NCBI GenBank assembly: GCA_012295275.1
Contig: CM022667.1
Span: 2,604,001-2,668,000 of the forward strand
From: Chrysomallon squamiferum
Lineage: Eukaryota; Animalia; Mollusca
Direction of reading: 5' to 3'
DNA length: 64,000 bases
A program made the translations under genes and the position numbers. Below the pieces are notes generated by a model. The model was not told where the DNA came from, ran no database searches, and was given only the letters and a program-made list of their open reading frames with translations. Of the stretch, positions 40,755 through 53,570 are shown piece after piece. How positions within the stretch are numbered: position 1 is the first letter of the stretch; every line of letters begins with the position of its first letter.

Positions 40755-41309
40755 TATATATACATGGTTGCAAACACCCCCCACACACACACTTAAGATA
40801 TTGGTTAACCCTTTATCAATGGTCTGTAAAATCAAAGACATGACTTTCTTTTTTTTTTACCAATTTCTGTTATTTTAAGTTTTTATTTTTATCATCAGCC
40901 ATTTAAATAACTTCAGACATGAACATTTGCTGTAAAGATGTTAACTCACAAAAGAAAAACTCATTCAGTCTCTGTCTTGCCTAGCTGTCTTCTAACTTTT
41001 CATACATCTAATATATATATACTGAGTTATAAGACACACATGAGGCATCAGTTCAAATTAGGGAAAGTTTACTGTATTTGACCAGATAAATCAGTTAACA
41101 TAAAAATGTGTTGGTATTTATGGCAATGACTGTCATGTACTGGTGGTATGTGCCACAAATTCAGAATAAATTAAGATACACAATTAGTTGAACTGGTGTT
41201 TGCTTTCTTTATTGATGTGCCATGGGGTATTCATTAAAGTTAATCTATTATTCTAAAGATTGACTTTGATGAATGTCCCACAGCACAACAATAAACAGAG
41301 AAAATCCTG

Positions 41310-42509
41310 GTTCAGCTGAACTGGAAATCATGTAAGGTAAAAGCATGCTGAACTGGGGTTTTACTGAGTTTAAGATAATTTTCTGGGATTTACTACAAGC
41401 TTTGTCTGTACTGGCTGAACTTATCTATCAGAGATGTGATAATAAAAAAAAAAAAAAAAAAAAAGTCACATTTAAGGTGTTTTTTTGTGATGAAAGACTT
41501 CAGATGACATTTTTAATTCAATCTTGGTCTGTTCTCCTTAAACTTACCCAGTAATCATTAAGAATACGAATACTGAACTGGGGCTAACTGCTTTGAAGGT
41601 CACCCTGGGCTTTAATTGAGATACTGTCTGTTCTCCAAATTTTTACCCAGTAATCATCCAGTTTACAAATGGTTTTGAAGGTAACGCTTGAAATTGGTCA
41701 GTTCTCCATAAATTTTCACTGTAATCATTCAGATTAAACAAAAAATTTGAACTGAGATTAACTGCTTCGAAAGTCACGCATAAGTTTAACTGAAACTTAG
41801 TCTGTTCTGAGTGACACAGTAATCATTCAAGATATAAAAAAGGCATGCTGAAATGTAGATAACAGCTTTGAAGGTCACACTTGGATTTATTTGCTCTCCA
41901 AAAATTTACAGAGTAATCTTTCAGTATTCAGTGTTGTAAATGATAGAATGAGATTTAGCACAAATTTGAATTGTTCTATGTGAACTGAACTAATAAGTGC
42001 ATCGAAAAATAAATGTTCCTTTGAGATTCACAGCTGAGGATCTTTCTGTGGGATTTAACACAGCATGTGGTATATCATGTAATATTAAAAAATGCATTGT
42101 TCAGTTAGGATATTTTGTTTTGAAGGTTTTTCTATATTTGTTTTTTTTTTGTATAACATCATACAATCTAAAAATGCACTGGGATGTTATGTGTTGAGGA
42201 TAATATTTTGGGATTTACCATGAAATTTTGAATATAATATAATCTAAATATTATCTAATATAAAACACAATGTTTAGTTTGGATATTTTGTATTGACAAT
42301 CTTCCTGTGAGATAGACTTAAACTTTTGTATGTAAAACAGGGTATAAATATCTAATACAGAAATGCACTGGAATATTCTATGTTGAGGATCCTACTTTGA
42401 GATTTACCCAAATTTTTGTATGCAAAACAGTATAAATATTATGAAATACCATGTCTGCTTTGGATATTTTACATTCAGGATCTTGCTATGTGTTCTTAAA
42501 CTTTTATCT

Positions 42510-42554
<45 letters not shown>

Positions 42555-43345
42555 ATGTCCTTTTTGGTTATATATATATATATTTATATATATATATATA
42601 TATATTATTCATAAAACAGATCAGTGGGCAGAGTAATCTTTCTGAGATTTTTCATTATTTATCTCATGTCATGTCCTTTTGGTTCTGTTTGTTTTCAAGT
42701 TGTGGTCATCATCTTTTGAAATATTTTATGTTGATGTTTTTACCTCAAACTTTGTCTGAACTGGTGTCTGTTATTTTCAGGCCACGACACTTTGCAGTGG
42801 GTGGGTTATTTTGGCATATTTTATGTTGATCATATTTTATGTTGGTATTTACCTCAAAGTCTGTACTCTTTGAACTGACCTGGTCTGTCTGTCTGTTATT
42901 TTCAGGTCAGGACACTTGTCACTGGGTAGGATAATGTGGCATATTCTGTGCTGATCATCATCATATGGAATTTACCTCAAACTTTGTCTGTTGTGAATTT
43001 ACCTCAAACTTTGTCAGTTGTGAATTTACCTCAAACTTTGTCTGTACTCTGTGAACTGACCTGTTTGTTTGTTTATTATTCAGGATGGAACATAAACCAC
43101 TGGTCACAGTAATTTGTGATGTTCTGAGTTGATGATTTTTCTGTGACATTCTACCTCAAACTTCTGTCTGTACTCTCTGAACTGACTTGGTGTCTGTTAT
43201 TTTCTTGTGTGGACACATCAGTGGTTAGATTATTTTGGGGGATGTTCTGTGTTGATAATCGTTCTGTGGTATTTACCTCAAACTTTGTCTCTACTCTGTG
43301 AACTGACCTGGTGTCTCTATTTGTTATTTTCAGGTCAGGACACCT
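41310..43345. repeat. Cluster of degenerate ~100-130 bp satellite-like repeats
   Basis: 41310-41920: recurring gctgaactg...tttgaaggtcac...gttctcc...cagtaatcatt. 42730-43345: recurring tttacctcaaactttgtctgtactctgtgaactgacctggtgtctgttattttcagg. Confidence 0.65.
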
Positions 43346-43649
43346 GTTCCTGCGCAGATTAATCAACACACTGACCAGGCACTTCTAACTGATGAACACA
43401 CTGACGTCGTGCAGAGATTCAATTATGCACTCAGAGATCAAGAAAACCTACAGTTAAACATGCAAAGAACCGGAATAGTAAATAACGATGATGTACCTGA
43501 TGCGTTGCTGTACCCATCATCTGATGAGGATAATAACATTGCATGACAGTAGTTGAAATAAGAGTTAATAATGTAAAAGATAACAACAATAATATGATAA
43601 AAAAAAAAAAATAACAATAATAAAACAAAAATAACAATAATATTATAAG

Positions 43650-43683
<34 letters not shown>

Positions 43684-46541
43684 AACCCAGAAAGTGATTT
43701 TTAGGAAAATGATTTTGCTGTTATTTCTTCAAGACATTTTTATTAATGTAATGATTGAAATAATTTAAAAAAAACATATTTTATTTTCTATTTTTGTTGG
43801 TACTAAAAGTTGAGTAGTGACTGAAATAACTATTCCATTTGTGTTAGTTTACTAACCGTGGAATAGCAATAAACATAATTGTTTCTTTGTTTTGGCATTT
43901 ACGTTGAAGTGACTGAAATGATGATTCTCACTGCATTCACTGGGCTTTTTGCCTTTCTTGCAGTTAATGTTGGCATATCAAAGGTTGTGTTTTTTTTTGT
44001 CTTTATAACAAAAGAATGTGGATGTGTGTGCACGTGTGTGAGACAAACAGATAAAGATTTTTCTTGCCACAGAAGCACACATCCAACTTTGGTATTTCAT
44101 CCTTTTGATACTACTTTTTAAAATTCATTTATTTTAGTCAGTTAAGCAGATAATCATTTTTGAACGATCAAAATAATTACTCAATTGATTTCCTGCCATG
44201 GAAAGATAATTAATGAAAAGTGATTACACTTTGTTTGTTAATTCTTTGTAAGATATTTCTTTTAATAGGTTAAGCTTAAAAGATTAATCTTGCTCATTGT
44301 GTCTGTTAAACTCATTCCAGTTTTGTTTAAGATCTGTGGTTTTCTGTACAATATCTACTTGTTTGAATGGGACAATAGGGGCTTCTGTAAGGAACCTATA
44401 TGGATTTATCAAAAATAATTCAGCAGCCCATATAAATTACTTACTTAAACTGTTATAAAACTGAAATGCATGCTTAATCTTTGGCTTCCTAACTACAATG
44501 CATAGTAGAAATATTTCTGCACTGTAGGTTGTGTATTTTATATTTGTTATATTTGAGTAGAATTGTGAGAAAAATAATTATGAAATCCAGTGTTACTAAC
44601 CACATTTTTGACATAATATGCTCATTCAACCTATTATGACTAGAGATTCTTGAAGATTATAGACGTGTGTGTGTGTTTACATATAAACATATGTAGTGTG
44701 TATGCATATCCACACACACACACGCAGATATTTATTAAATTTACCATTTATTTATCTCTTAGTCTTGCCAATACATTTTGTTTCCTTTGTTTAGATGATA
44801 TTGTCTATTTTAGTTGTTCATTCATTGACTTATTTATCTGCAGTACTATTTTTATTGCTTTTATGCATGTATTTGCGTCTGTAGGTATGTGTTTGCAATA
44901 AAAAAGAAATTATTATGATATTTTTTGATATTTTTATGTAAAACTGTGATACTGAGAATTATATTGAAATAAAACATGTTACTAATATATTTATATATAT
45001 TGATTTTGTTATGCAACAGAAACTTAAATTCAGTCAGTATTGCATTTTATTATATTTTATAACAAACATAATTATACTTAGATATACACAGTAAAAAATT
45101 TAAAAAATCAGAAAACTGTACTCTTGCTAAGATGGAATTAGTCCAAAACTGAAAATTTCTGCTGTCACATGATTTATCAAATACTAAAATGTAAAACTTA
45201 AACAAGCCAAATATTTCTCGAGAACAAAGTTTTTACTTTATCCCACAGCATCATATCTTTTAATGTCTTTATTATTATCTTTTTATTATTATTATTATTA
45301 TTTATTATTATTTTTTTAATTTATGTTATACCTTCCTTAATGCATTGCATTTTTTTTTTTTTTTTTATTTAATTTTTCGTTTTTGAAAGTTAGGAAAATG
45401 TTTTGTGAAACAACGGGCTTGACATTTTTAATTTTTGGTTACAGCTTGTTTTATGCATGGTTCATTACCACAATCACAGTGACATAGGAAATCTGCTGCT
45501 GGTATGGAATGGTTTATTCTCTTAAATTAGGAGCAAGGTGTTGTTTATCAGGTTTTGAACTTTCATAATGGTCGCCTGATATTTGGGATTTCCTATTATG
45601 CACCTCAGCACAATAAAAAAATTATTGTTTCTTTTGAAACTTTTCTTCCTTTATGAGTAAGTGTCCAATCCAGTAGTGTTGGCAAAAACAGTTTCATCAT
45701 GTTGCAATTAAAAGTGTCCATTTTTTTTTTTATCTCTAAATCTCTAATTGTTGTTAGCACACTAGTAAAGTCTACGAGATCATGGCACCTGCACTAACTT
45801 TTAACTGTTCAGTTTTAAACCATGTTTTCCATAAAGTAAGCCAGCCATCTGATGCTTTGAATTCAGACAGGAACTCCTTCCTAGCTGCTCAGCAAACTGG
45901 TGGATGTTTCTTTTAAAATCAGACAAGAAATTTTGTTTAACTATCTGATTGTGTCATCAGCTTAAACTGCATAGATAAAAATCTTTCTGACTTAGCCATT
46001 TTGTAGGTGATCATTATGATTTCAGTAAGACAGTGCAAAATATGCATCATGACGGACTGTTGCTTTTGACACTAAATCTAAATAAGTCAATTCTCTAAGG
46101 TACCAACATGAACTAATCATAATTTTGATGATCCAGTGGCATACAGTAATTTAACAAATTTTTGGATAATTGTTTGTTAAGCCTTGAAAGAAGAGCAACT
46201 ATTTCATCTCACATGCTAGGCTAATTACGTTCCATCATTGTTTAAGCTGTTACTGTATTTGGAAAATTGTGTGCAGGTATAGACAAAGATTATGGAAGGT
46301 GGGTGGGAGAGAGAATGTGTGTTATAATTATACATAGAGTATACAACAAGTACTGTATATTAACATGAGTAATTTTCTTCACATAGAATGAAACAGCTTG
46401 AATCCATATCAAAATGAAAATAGATAAAAAATGACCATTTTGATAAGTCAGACACCATTTATTTACAACTTTTCATAATCCTTGAATGATTTTCCTCAAC
46501 AGTATGTTGTGTACATTCTTCACTTCAGGAGTTCTTCTAGA

Positions 46542-46606
46542 TTCTAGAGAAATGATTAGAAAAGAAACAAAAAATGAATAAGAAAAAATAATGGTAGAAA
46601 GTTTAA

Positions 46607-46637
<31 letters not shown>

Positions 46638-47026
46638 TGTATATACACACACTTGTGAAATTACATTTATCTAATCACATACCAGCTTTGTCTTCACTAT
46701 ATAACAATGTCAATAATTGTAACATATTTTAAAACGCTATATATATAAACATGTTACTCACATTTGCCATATCCGAATCCATATCCGTGCATTCCCATCA
46801 TTCCGTGTCCATATCCTCCATAACCTCCGTACATCATTGGGTATCCCATCATACCATATCCTCCCATCATACCATATCCTCCCATCATTGGGTATCCTCC
46901 CATCATTCCGTATCCTCCCATCATTGGGTATCCTCCCATCATACCTCCCATCATACCATGTCCAATACCACCAGCAGAGGCAATGGCGAAACAGGCAACG
47001 AGTGCGATAAGGACAGCCTTCATCAT
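46542..47026 (-). CDS. Secreted Gly/Met/Tyr-rich peptide, copy 1 (88 aa)
   Basis: Coding exon 47026-46762: signal MMKAVLIALVACFAIASA, GGY(P/G)MM repeats, then GYGFGYGK. Donor GTGAGT at 46761; the acceptor before 46543 completes the stop T|AA. The non-coding exon 1 ends at 47385, TATATAA is at 47465-47459 and AATAAA at 46463-46458. Confidence 0.88.
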
Positions 47027-48559
47027 TTTGAAAATCTGAAATAAATTTAATTTCAGGTGAAAAAACGTTAATTCAAAATTAACATCTATAGGAAGAAAAC
47101 TTGACTTCGAAATATTACCTCTGTATATATTTTAATATGTCGATAGATAGAGAGACAGATTAAGTTTTACAATTATTTTATTTTTCCTTACTGACATTCT
47201 ATTTCATAAATATATTTATATATTTTTCTTATCAACATTGTTTTATCACAATTAATGTTTTTGTTGGTAAACCATCTGCTGCATTTATTAATATATAAAT
47301 TAGAAAGAACTGAACAGCAAGAAACAAAATAAGCAATAGTAAGCAAAGAATTCAGAGTTGACACACTAACACTAAAATACTGACCTGGTGATTGGAGAGG
47401 TGTTCGTTCAGAATTGTAAATTTGTGAAAGTGATGCCTTTTCACTTTTAATTTAACTCTTATATACTAAACAGTTTAGTAATATTATGTAACTTCCTGCA
47501 TAGTTTAAAATAAGATAGATCATCTGTACCAGGTTTTAATGCTTATAATGTGATAATAAATAGGTATAAATTAATTTATTGCCAGTATTTTTGGCTCTAT
47601 CAATTTACAGAAGTAACATTATTTCATAATGTATGGTGCTGATATCATCAGCTATAATTGTATGTTTATTATTAACAACTGTAGTGATTTAAATAGTAGT
47701 TGTATTAGTAGTAGTAGTAGCAATGACAGTTGTAGTTGATGTAGCAAAACTAAAATGTTTTTAATCATTATTTATTTATTTATTTATTTATCTATATTTA
47801 TTGTTTGTTTCATGACTTCTGTACATATCGTGGCTCTTTTTAACAGATTTTAATTAGTATTTTCAGTTACACAACTGGTAGTCACATATTACAGTAAAGA
47901 AGCAAAAAGCAAAACATTCTTCTAACTATAGAAATTATTGTCAAATAATTGCATACAACAGATGTCTGTGCATTTTGTGTTAATGTGTACATGCATCTGT
48001 GTGGTACTGTGGATCTTTACACCAGACATCCAGTCTGTTTTTTGTCAGGATTTTCTTGAGGGTGATGCAATAAAAGCATACTTGTTCCATTAAATTATAC
48101 ACAAGAAAGTAACTTTCACTTGTATCTTCAATGTATTTTTCCTTGTAAACTCTCGAAAGACAATTGTAGGATATTTGTTCTCATTGGAAATTTGCCCACT
48201 GGAAGTTGCTCACCCAGAAAGTTAAAACAATAAATAAATAAAATAATAAAAACATTTTCCACCACCAGTGTTTTCTTCCCTCCAAGGATATTCTATAAAA
48301 TACATGTGATGAACATGATTATTAACTGATATTATTAAAATTATTTTCACATACATGTTTCTTTTATATGGCCACATCATAAATAACATAATTCTCCAAG
48401 GTCAAAAGATTCTTTGAATTGACAATGTTTTTCAAGTAAATGAAAGACTGGGTTATTATAATTGATGGGACAATTGCAATCAAAGTCCTAAAGGCTCATA
48501 ACATCTTCTGATGCATGCTCCATCAAAAACAGAAATCCACATAACTCAAGGATTGGGTT

Positions 48560-48898
48560 GCTGTGCTTGCATACCTCTGGAGGTAGTCTGCCGAAGTGTA
48601 CAGTTGGCTTGGTGGATCTGGATTGAATATCACAGGTTGGTCTGAAGTTGAACTCCTTTTCCATATTTCAGTGAAGTTTAGTTGATACAGACTCAGTTTT
48701 GTCTGCAACATAATTGTGATCCACAAATAACCAAGGATGCTCATCAGTAACACTGGACATCAGATCATCTTTACATCCTCTGGAATGCTGCTTTTGACAG
48801 ACCCAGTAAATCCCAGTTTTTTTCTTGATCCTTTACACATACATGTGTCCACTGTAACACTGCTTATCTTTGATTCTGTTGGACTTGATAATTTCCAT
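48560..48898 (-). mobile_element. Decayed FLYWCH zinc-finger / Mutator-like (MULE) transposase 5' fragment
   Basis: Hand translation from 48898: MEIIKSNRIKDKQCYSGHMYV*RIKKKTGIYWVCQKQHSRGCKDDLMSSVTDEHPWLFVDHNYVADKTESVSTKLH*. This fits the FLYWCH pattern (S...K.L...G..Y...W.C...C...HNH) with in-frame stops. Confidence 0.6.
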
Positions 48899-50259
48899 AT
48901 TGCTTTATAATTTAAGAATGATTTCAAGTACTGATGCCTCTGTGACTTTATTTATAGTACAAATTTGGAATAGCTGTGATTAAATAGGTATCATAGAGAA
49001 TGTTAAAAACAGTCAGTCAGAACAATTCAATATTTGAGTTACTTGTATGGGAGCTATTCAGATGGATTACATAATCAAAGTATTTTTAAGCATTTGGCAT
49101 TATGACTACAATTTTTTCCCATCATTTAGAATAATCCAGTCTTTCATTTGCCTGAAAAACATTGTCACTTAAAAGAATCTTTTGATCTTGAAGAAATATG
49201 TTATCTTGATTGTAATTATTTCATGGTGTGTTGTGACAAAAGAAACTTGAAAACAATTTCAATTATATCAAAGAATATCCTGAAAAAAAAAAAAAAAAAA
49301 AAAAAAGTCAAATTGTTTAAAAATGATCTTCTTCTTTTAGGACCTCACAGGTCATTTTTGAAAATATCTATAAAAACAAACCATTAATGAGCATCCTTAT
49401 TTAAAAGCTTCTTCCAGGTAGTATTTTGAAAATATCTATAAAAACAAACCATTAATCTTAAAGTAATTCGAGGACTGACAGAGAGAATGTATGTATGTAG
49501 GTTATGGACCAACAGACAGAAAATATGAATGTGTATGGGTGTATACATTTATATCATACGTGTTAAAGCTAGACAAGAAAAATAGGAAGAAATGAGGTTT
49601 TGTGAACAAGATAATTACCAAACCATTGTCACAAATGTAACTCCACATTTTGAAGCTAATAAAACAGCTTCTTCAGGAAAATATTCTATAAGGTCTCATG
49701 TCATAAGTGCTAAAAATTATTTAACAAACGTTTTGTTCTGACATGTGTTTTATGGTTATTTGTAGTACTATCTCGAGTCTCTGGACCCTTATTTGTTGAG
49801 GTAATCTTTATGTACAGTCATTTATCATTTTTATCTGTGCAAACTATGTTTATTGTCGGTCTCTAATCTCAGCAGTAAAATAATGTATTTGAGTAGCTAT
49901 GATTTTTCCATTAATTGAATGGAGATTTGTGTTTATTGTCATTAGACTGTTCCAGAAAGGCTCACAGAGAAGTGAAAAGTATTTTCTTTACCCAGCTTCT
50001 TTGTGGTTGCAAGCAACGAAATTGAAAATGGAGGCAATATTATTTAATGCATTTTTTTTTTTTTTTTGTCATTAATTTATTTAGACCACTGCATTAAAAA
50101 TTATATGTAACAGATGTAGATTAGCTATAAATATTTAGATTTAGTAATCAATAGAATTCAGTGCCGATACTTAAATGATATTTCTAAAGAATATTTTGTT
50201 TAAATAAACAAAAATAATTGATTTGTGTAAAATGATATTTTTGGGGGCCACGTCACCTA

Positions 50260-50290
<31 letters not shown>

Positions 50291-50304
50291 TGTGTGTATG
50301 TGTA

Positions 50305-50391
<87 letters not shown>

Positions 50392-50406
50392 TTGTGTGTG
50401 TATTTA

Positions 50407-50477
<71 letters not shown>
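50260..50477. repeat. (TG)n microsatellite downstream of a Gly/Met peptide gene (similar tracts at 54997-55130 and 59175-59198)
   Basis: Direct dinucleotide runs at equivalent positions in several array units. Confidence 0.95.
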
Positions 50478-50478
<1 letters not shown>

Positions 50479-50801
50479 TGCATGGATGGATCCATTGTCT
50501 TGTGGAGGAAAGTGGCTAATTTAGAAGGTGTATATTTGAATGAGTAGACACAAATGTGTACAAGTATCTGTGAACATAGGCATTTCACACCTCTAAATAG
50601 AACATGCAGCAAACAGTCTCAGTCATTAATATACATCAAAGCTAGCAGCTTTGAATCCATGTAAAAACTGAACATAGCTAAATAAAAAGTAACCAGTTTG
50701 TTAACTCAGACACCATTTATTTACAACATTTTTCATAATTCATGAATGATTTTCCTCAGCAGTATGTTGTGTGCATTCTTCACTTCAGGAATTCTTCTAG
50801 A

Positions 50802-51423
50802 TTCTGCAGAAATAATTAGAAAAGATTTTGAAAAAATTAATAAGAAATAATAATGGCACAAAATATATGTGTGTGTGTCTGTGTGAGTGTGTGTGTGTGT
50901 GTGTGTTTTAGCACACCACTGGAAAAAGTTACTTGCATGTTGCAATGAGAAATATCATAATTTATTTATTAATTTATTTACAGTGCAACATTGTAGTATG
51001 TAAAATTATATATATATATATCTTGTCAGTGACATTAGTTTTGACTGAAGATAAAAAAAACAGTCTGTTAGTATTTAATCATTCACTATATAACAGTTTT
51101 TAACTAATCTATCTTATAAATAAATGTTACTCACATTTGCCATATCCGAATCCATATCCGTGCATTCCCATCATTCCGTGTCCATATCCTCCATAACCTC
51201 CATACATCATTGGGTATCCCATCATACCATATCCTCCCATCATGCCGTATCCTCCCATCATTGGGTATCCTCCCATCATTCCGTATCCTCCCATCATTGG
51301 GTATCCTCCTATCATACCTCCCATCATACCTCCCATCATACCTCCCATCATGCCATGTCCAATACCACCAGCAGAGGCAATGGTGAAACAGGCAACAAGT
51401 GCGATAAGGACAGCCTTCATCAT
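50802..51423 (-). CDS. Secreted Gly/Met/Tyr-rich peptide, copy 2 (96 aa)
   Basis: Coding exon 51423-51135 with the split stop completed at 50803-50802. Exon 1 donor at 51548, TATA at ~51620-51626. Same architecture as copy 1. Confidence 0.88.
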
Positions 51424-52403
51424 TTTGAAAATCTGAAATAAATTTAATTTCAGTTGATTTATTACTATAAAATAAAATAAATATCAAGAAACGAAAGGTA
51501 ATCTAAACAGTAAAACAAAAGGTGACAGACTAATACTAAAAACAGACCTGGTGATTGGAGAGGTGTTCGTCCAGAATTGTAAATGTGAGAGTGATACCTT
51601 TTCACTTTTAATTTAACTCTTATATACTAAACAGTTTAGTAATATTATGTAACTTCCTGCTTAGTTTATTATAAGATTGATTCTGTGTAATAAGTTTTAA
51701 TGATTATAAACTTAAACATAAATTAATTAAGAAAAGGTAGGTGTAAATTAATTTATTGCTTTTATATTTGGTTCTGTCAATTAAAGTGGTAACATTATTT
51801 CATAAGGTTGGGTGCTGATAGCATTAGTGATACTTGTAGATTTATTATTAACAACTGTAGTGATTGTAACAGTAGTAATATTAGTAGTAGTAGGAACAGC
51901 AATGCAGTTTTTGTATTAAAATAATACTTCTGTAACTATCTGTAGCAGTGGTATGAAAAATTGTAACAGCAGTAGATGTTGCAGCAACATTCATAGTATG
52001 GTAGTGGTATTGAGGTAGCTGTATTAAAAGTGTTTTTGTTGATCCTGTACACATACATGTGTTCACTGTAGAAATGATTATCTTTGATTCTGTTGGACTA
52101 TATGTTGTAGTATATGTTCTCTATATTTATTCCAGTTATAAATTTATACTATGATATTAATTATTTTAATATTTCATTAATCTGTTGTAGAGAAAATAAT
52201 TTTTCTGTACTTTTGATTTTTGGATTGATAAACATTACTGTGATAACAATTAAAACATTTTAATCATTAGTTCATTTCTTTCTTTCATTACTTAATGACC
52301 TCTGTTCATTTCACTCTTTCTGTCTGTCTTTCTTTTCTCATATTCAGTCTGTATTCACAATTAAATTACTTTTATGACTGGTAGCCTAATATTATTACAA
52401 TAA

Positions 52404-52434
<31 letters not shown>

Positions 52435-52900
52435 ATGAAGAACTCTTCTAACAATAGAAAAACAAAAATATGTGTATTTTGTGTTAAATTGTACATGCAT
52501 ACATGTTACTCCAGATTGTTAGATCAGACATTCTGTGTTTCTGTGACAGGACTTTCTAATGAAGTCAGAGGCTGAAATAATACAAGCATTCTTGTACAGA
52601 TGGTTGACTGAATTATGTACATACCAAAGTAACTTTCACTAGTACCTGGAATATAATTAGCATTTCACCTCCCAAAATAGAGTCATCCCATAAAGATAAT
52701 CAAGATATACATTATAGCAGAGAAGTCACAGCGATAATCATTATGAAGAGGTACTTCAAAAATGTGTAGCTGTCTTTAGCAGATGACAAGTTACCACAGT
52801 TGTTTGTGTAAAAATGGTTAAGTTAATAATGTAATCTAAATAGGTAATATTCAATAGAATCTGTAAACCAGTGTAACCAATAAACTACCTGATTAAAACA

Positions 52901-53570
52901 CTTGAACTACTGCTGTGGGATGTTCACTGGAGCATCAACACTTGACCTACTGCTTGAGGATGTTCACTGGAGCATCAACACTTGACCTACTGCTTGAGGA
53001 TGTTCACTGGAGCATCAACACTTGACCTACTGCTTGAGGATGTTCACTGGAGCATCAACATTTGACCTACTGCTTGAGGATGTTCACTGGAGCATCAACA
53101 CTTGGCCTACTGCTTGAGGATGTTCACTGGAGCATCAACACTTGACCTACTGCTTGAGGATGTTCACTGGAGCATCAACACTTGACCTACTACTGTGGGA
53201 TGTTCACTGGAGCATCAACACTTGACCTACTACTGTGGGATGTTCACTGGAGCATCAACACTTGACCTACTGCTGTGGGATGTTCACTGGAGCATCAACA
53301 CTTGACCTACTACTGTGGGATGTTCACTGGAGCATCAACACTTGACCTACTGCTGTGGGATGTTCACTGGAGCATCAACACTTGACCTACTGCTGTGGGA
53401 TGTTCACTGGAGCATCAACACTTGACCTACTGGTGGGATGTTCACTGGAGCATCAACATTTGACCTACTGCTGTGGGATGTTCACTGGAGCATCAACACT
53501 TGACCTACTGCTGTGGGATGTTCACTGGAGCATCAACACTTGACCTACTGATGGGCTATGTTCACTAAAA
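52901..53570. repeat. 40-bp minisatellite, ~16.5 near-perfect copies
   Basis: Unit cttgacctactgctgtgggatgttcactggagcatcaaca, with blockwise variants (tgcttgagga, tactgtggga). Units are contiguous with no spacers. Confidence 0.97.

Noticed and set aside
50223-50612. Cys-Val and His-Thr repeat ORFs (also 54947-55206, and Ser-Leu/Arg-Glu ORFs at 1942-2231 and 16305-16517)
   Set aside because: Dinucleotide microsatellite translations.
50733-50945. Conserved ORF-like 3' exon (ESRRIPEVKNAHNILLRKIIHEL) in the array units
   Set aside because: Splicing places the TAA at its first two bases, so it is 3'UTR. Its conservation is explained by the duplication and possibly by UTR function.
52901-53570. 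CRISPR-like regular repeat
   Set aside because: Units are contiguous with no unique spacers, there are no cas genes, and the context is eukaryotic. It is a minisatellite; the same applies to 39296-39487.
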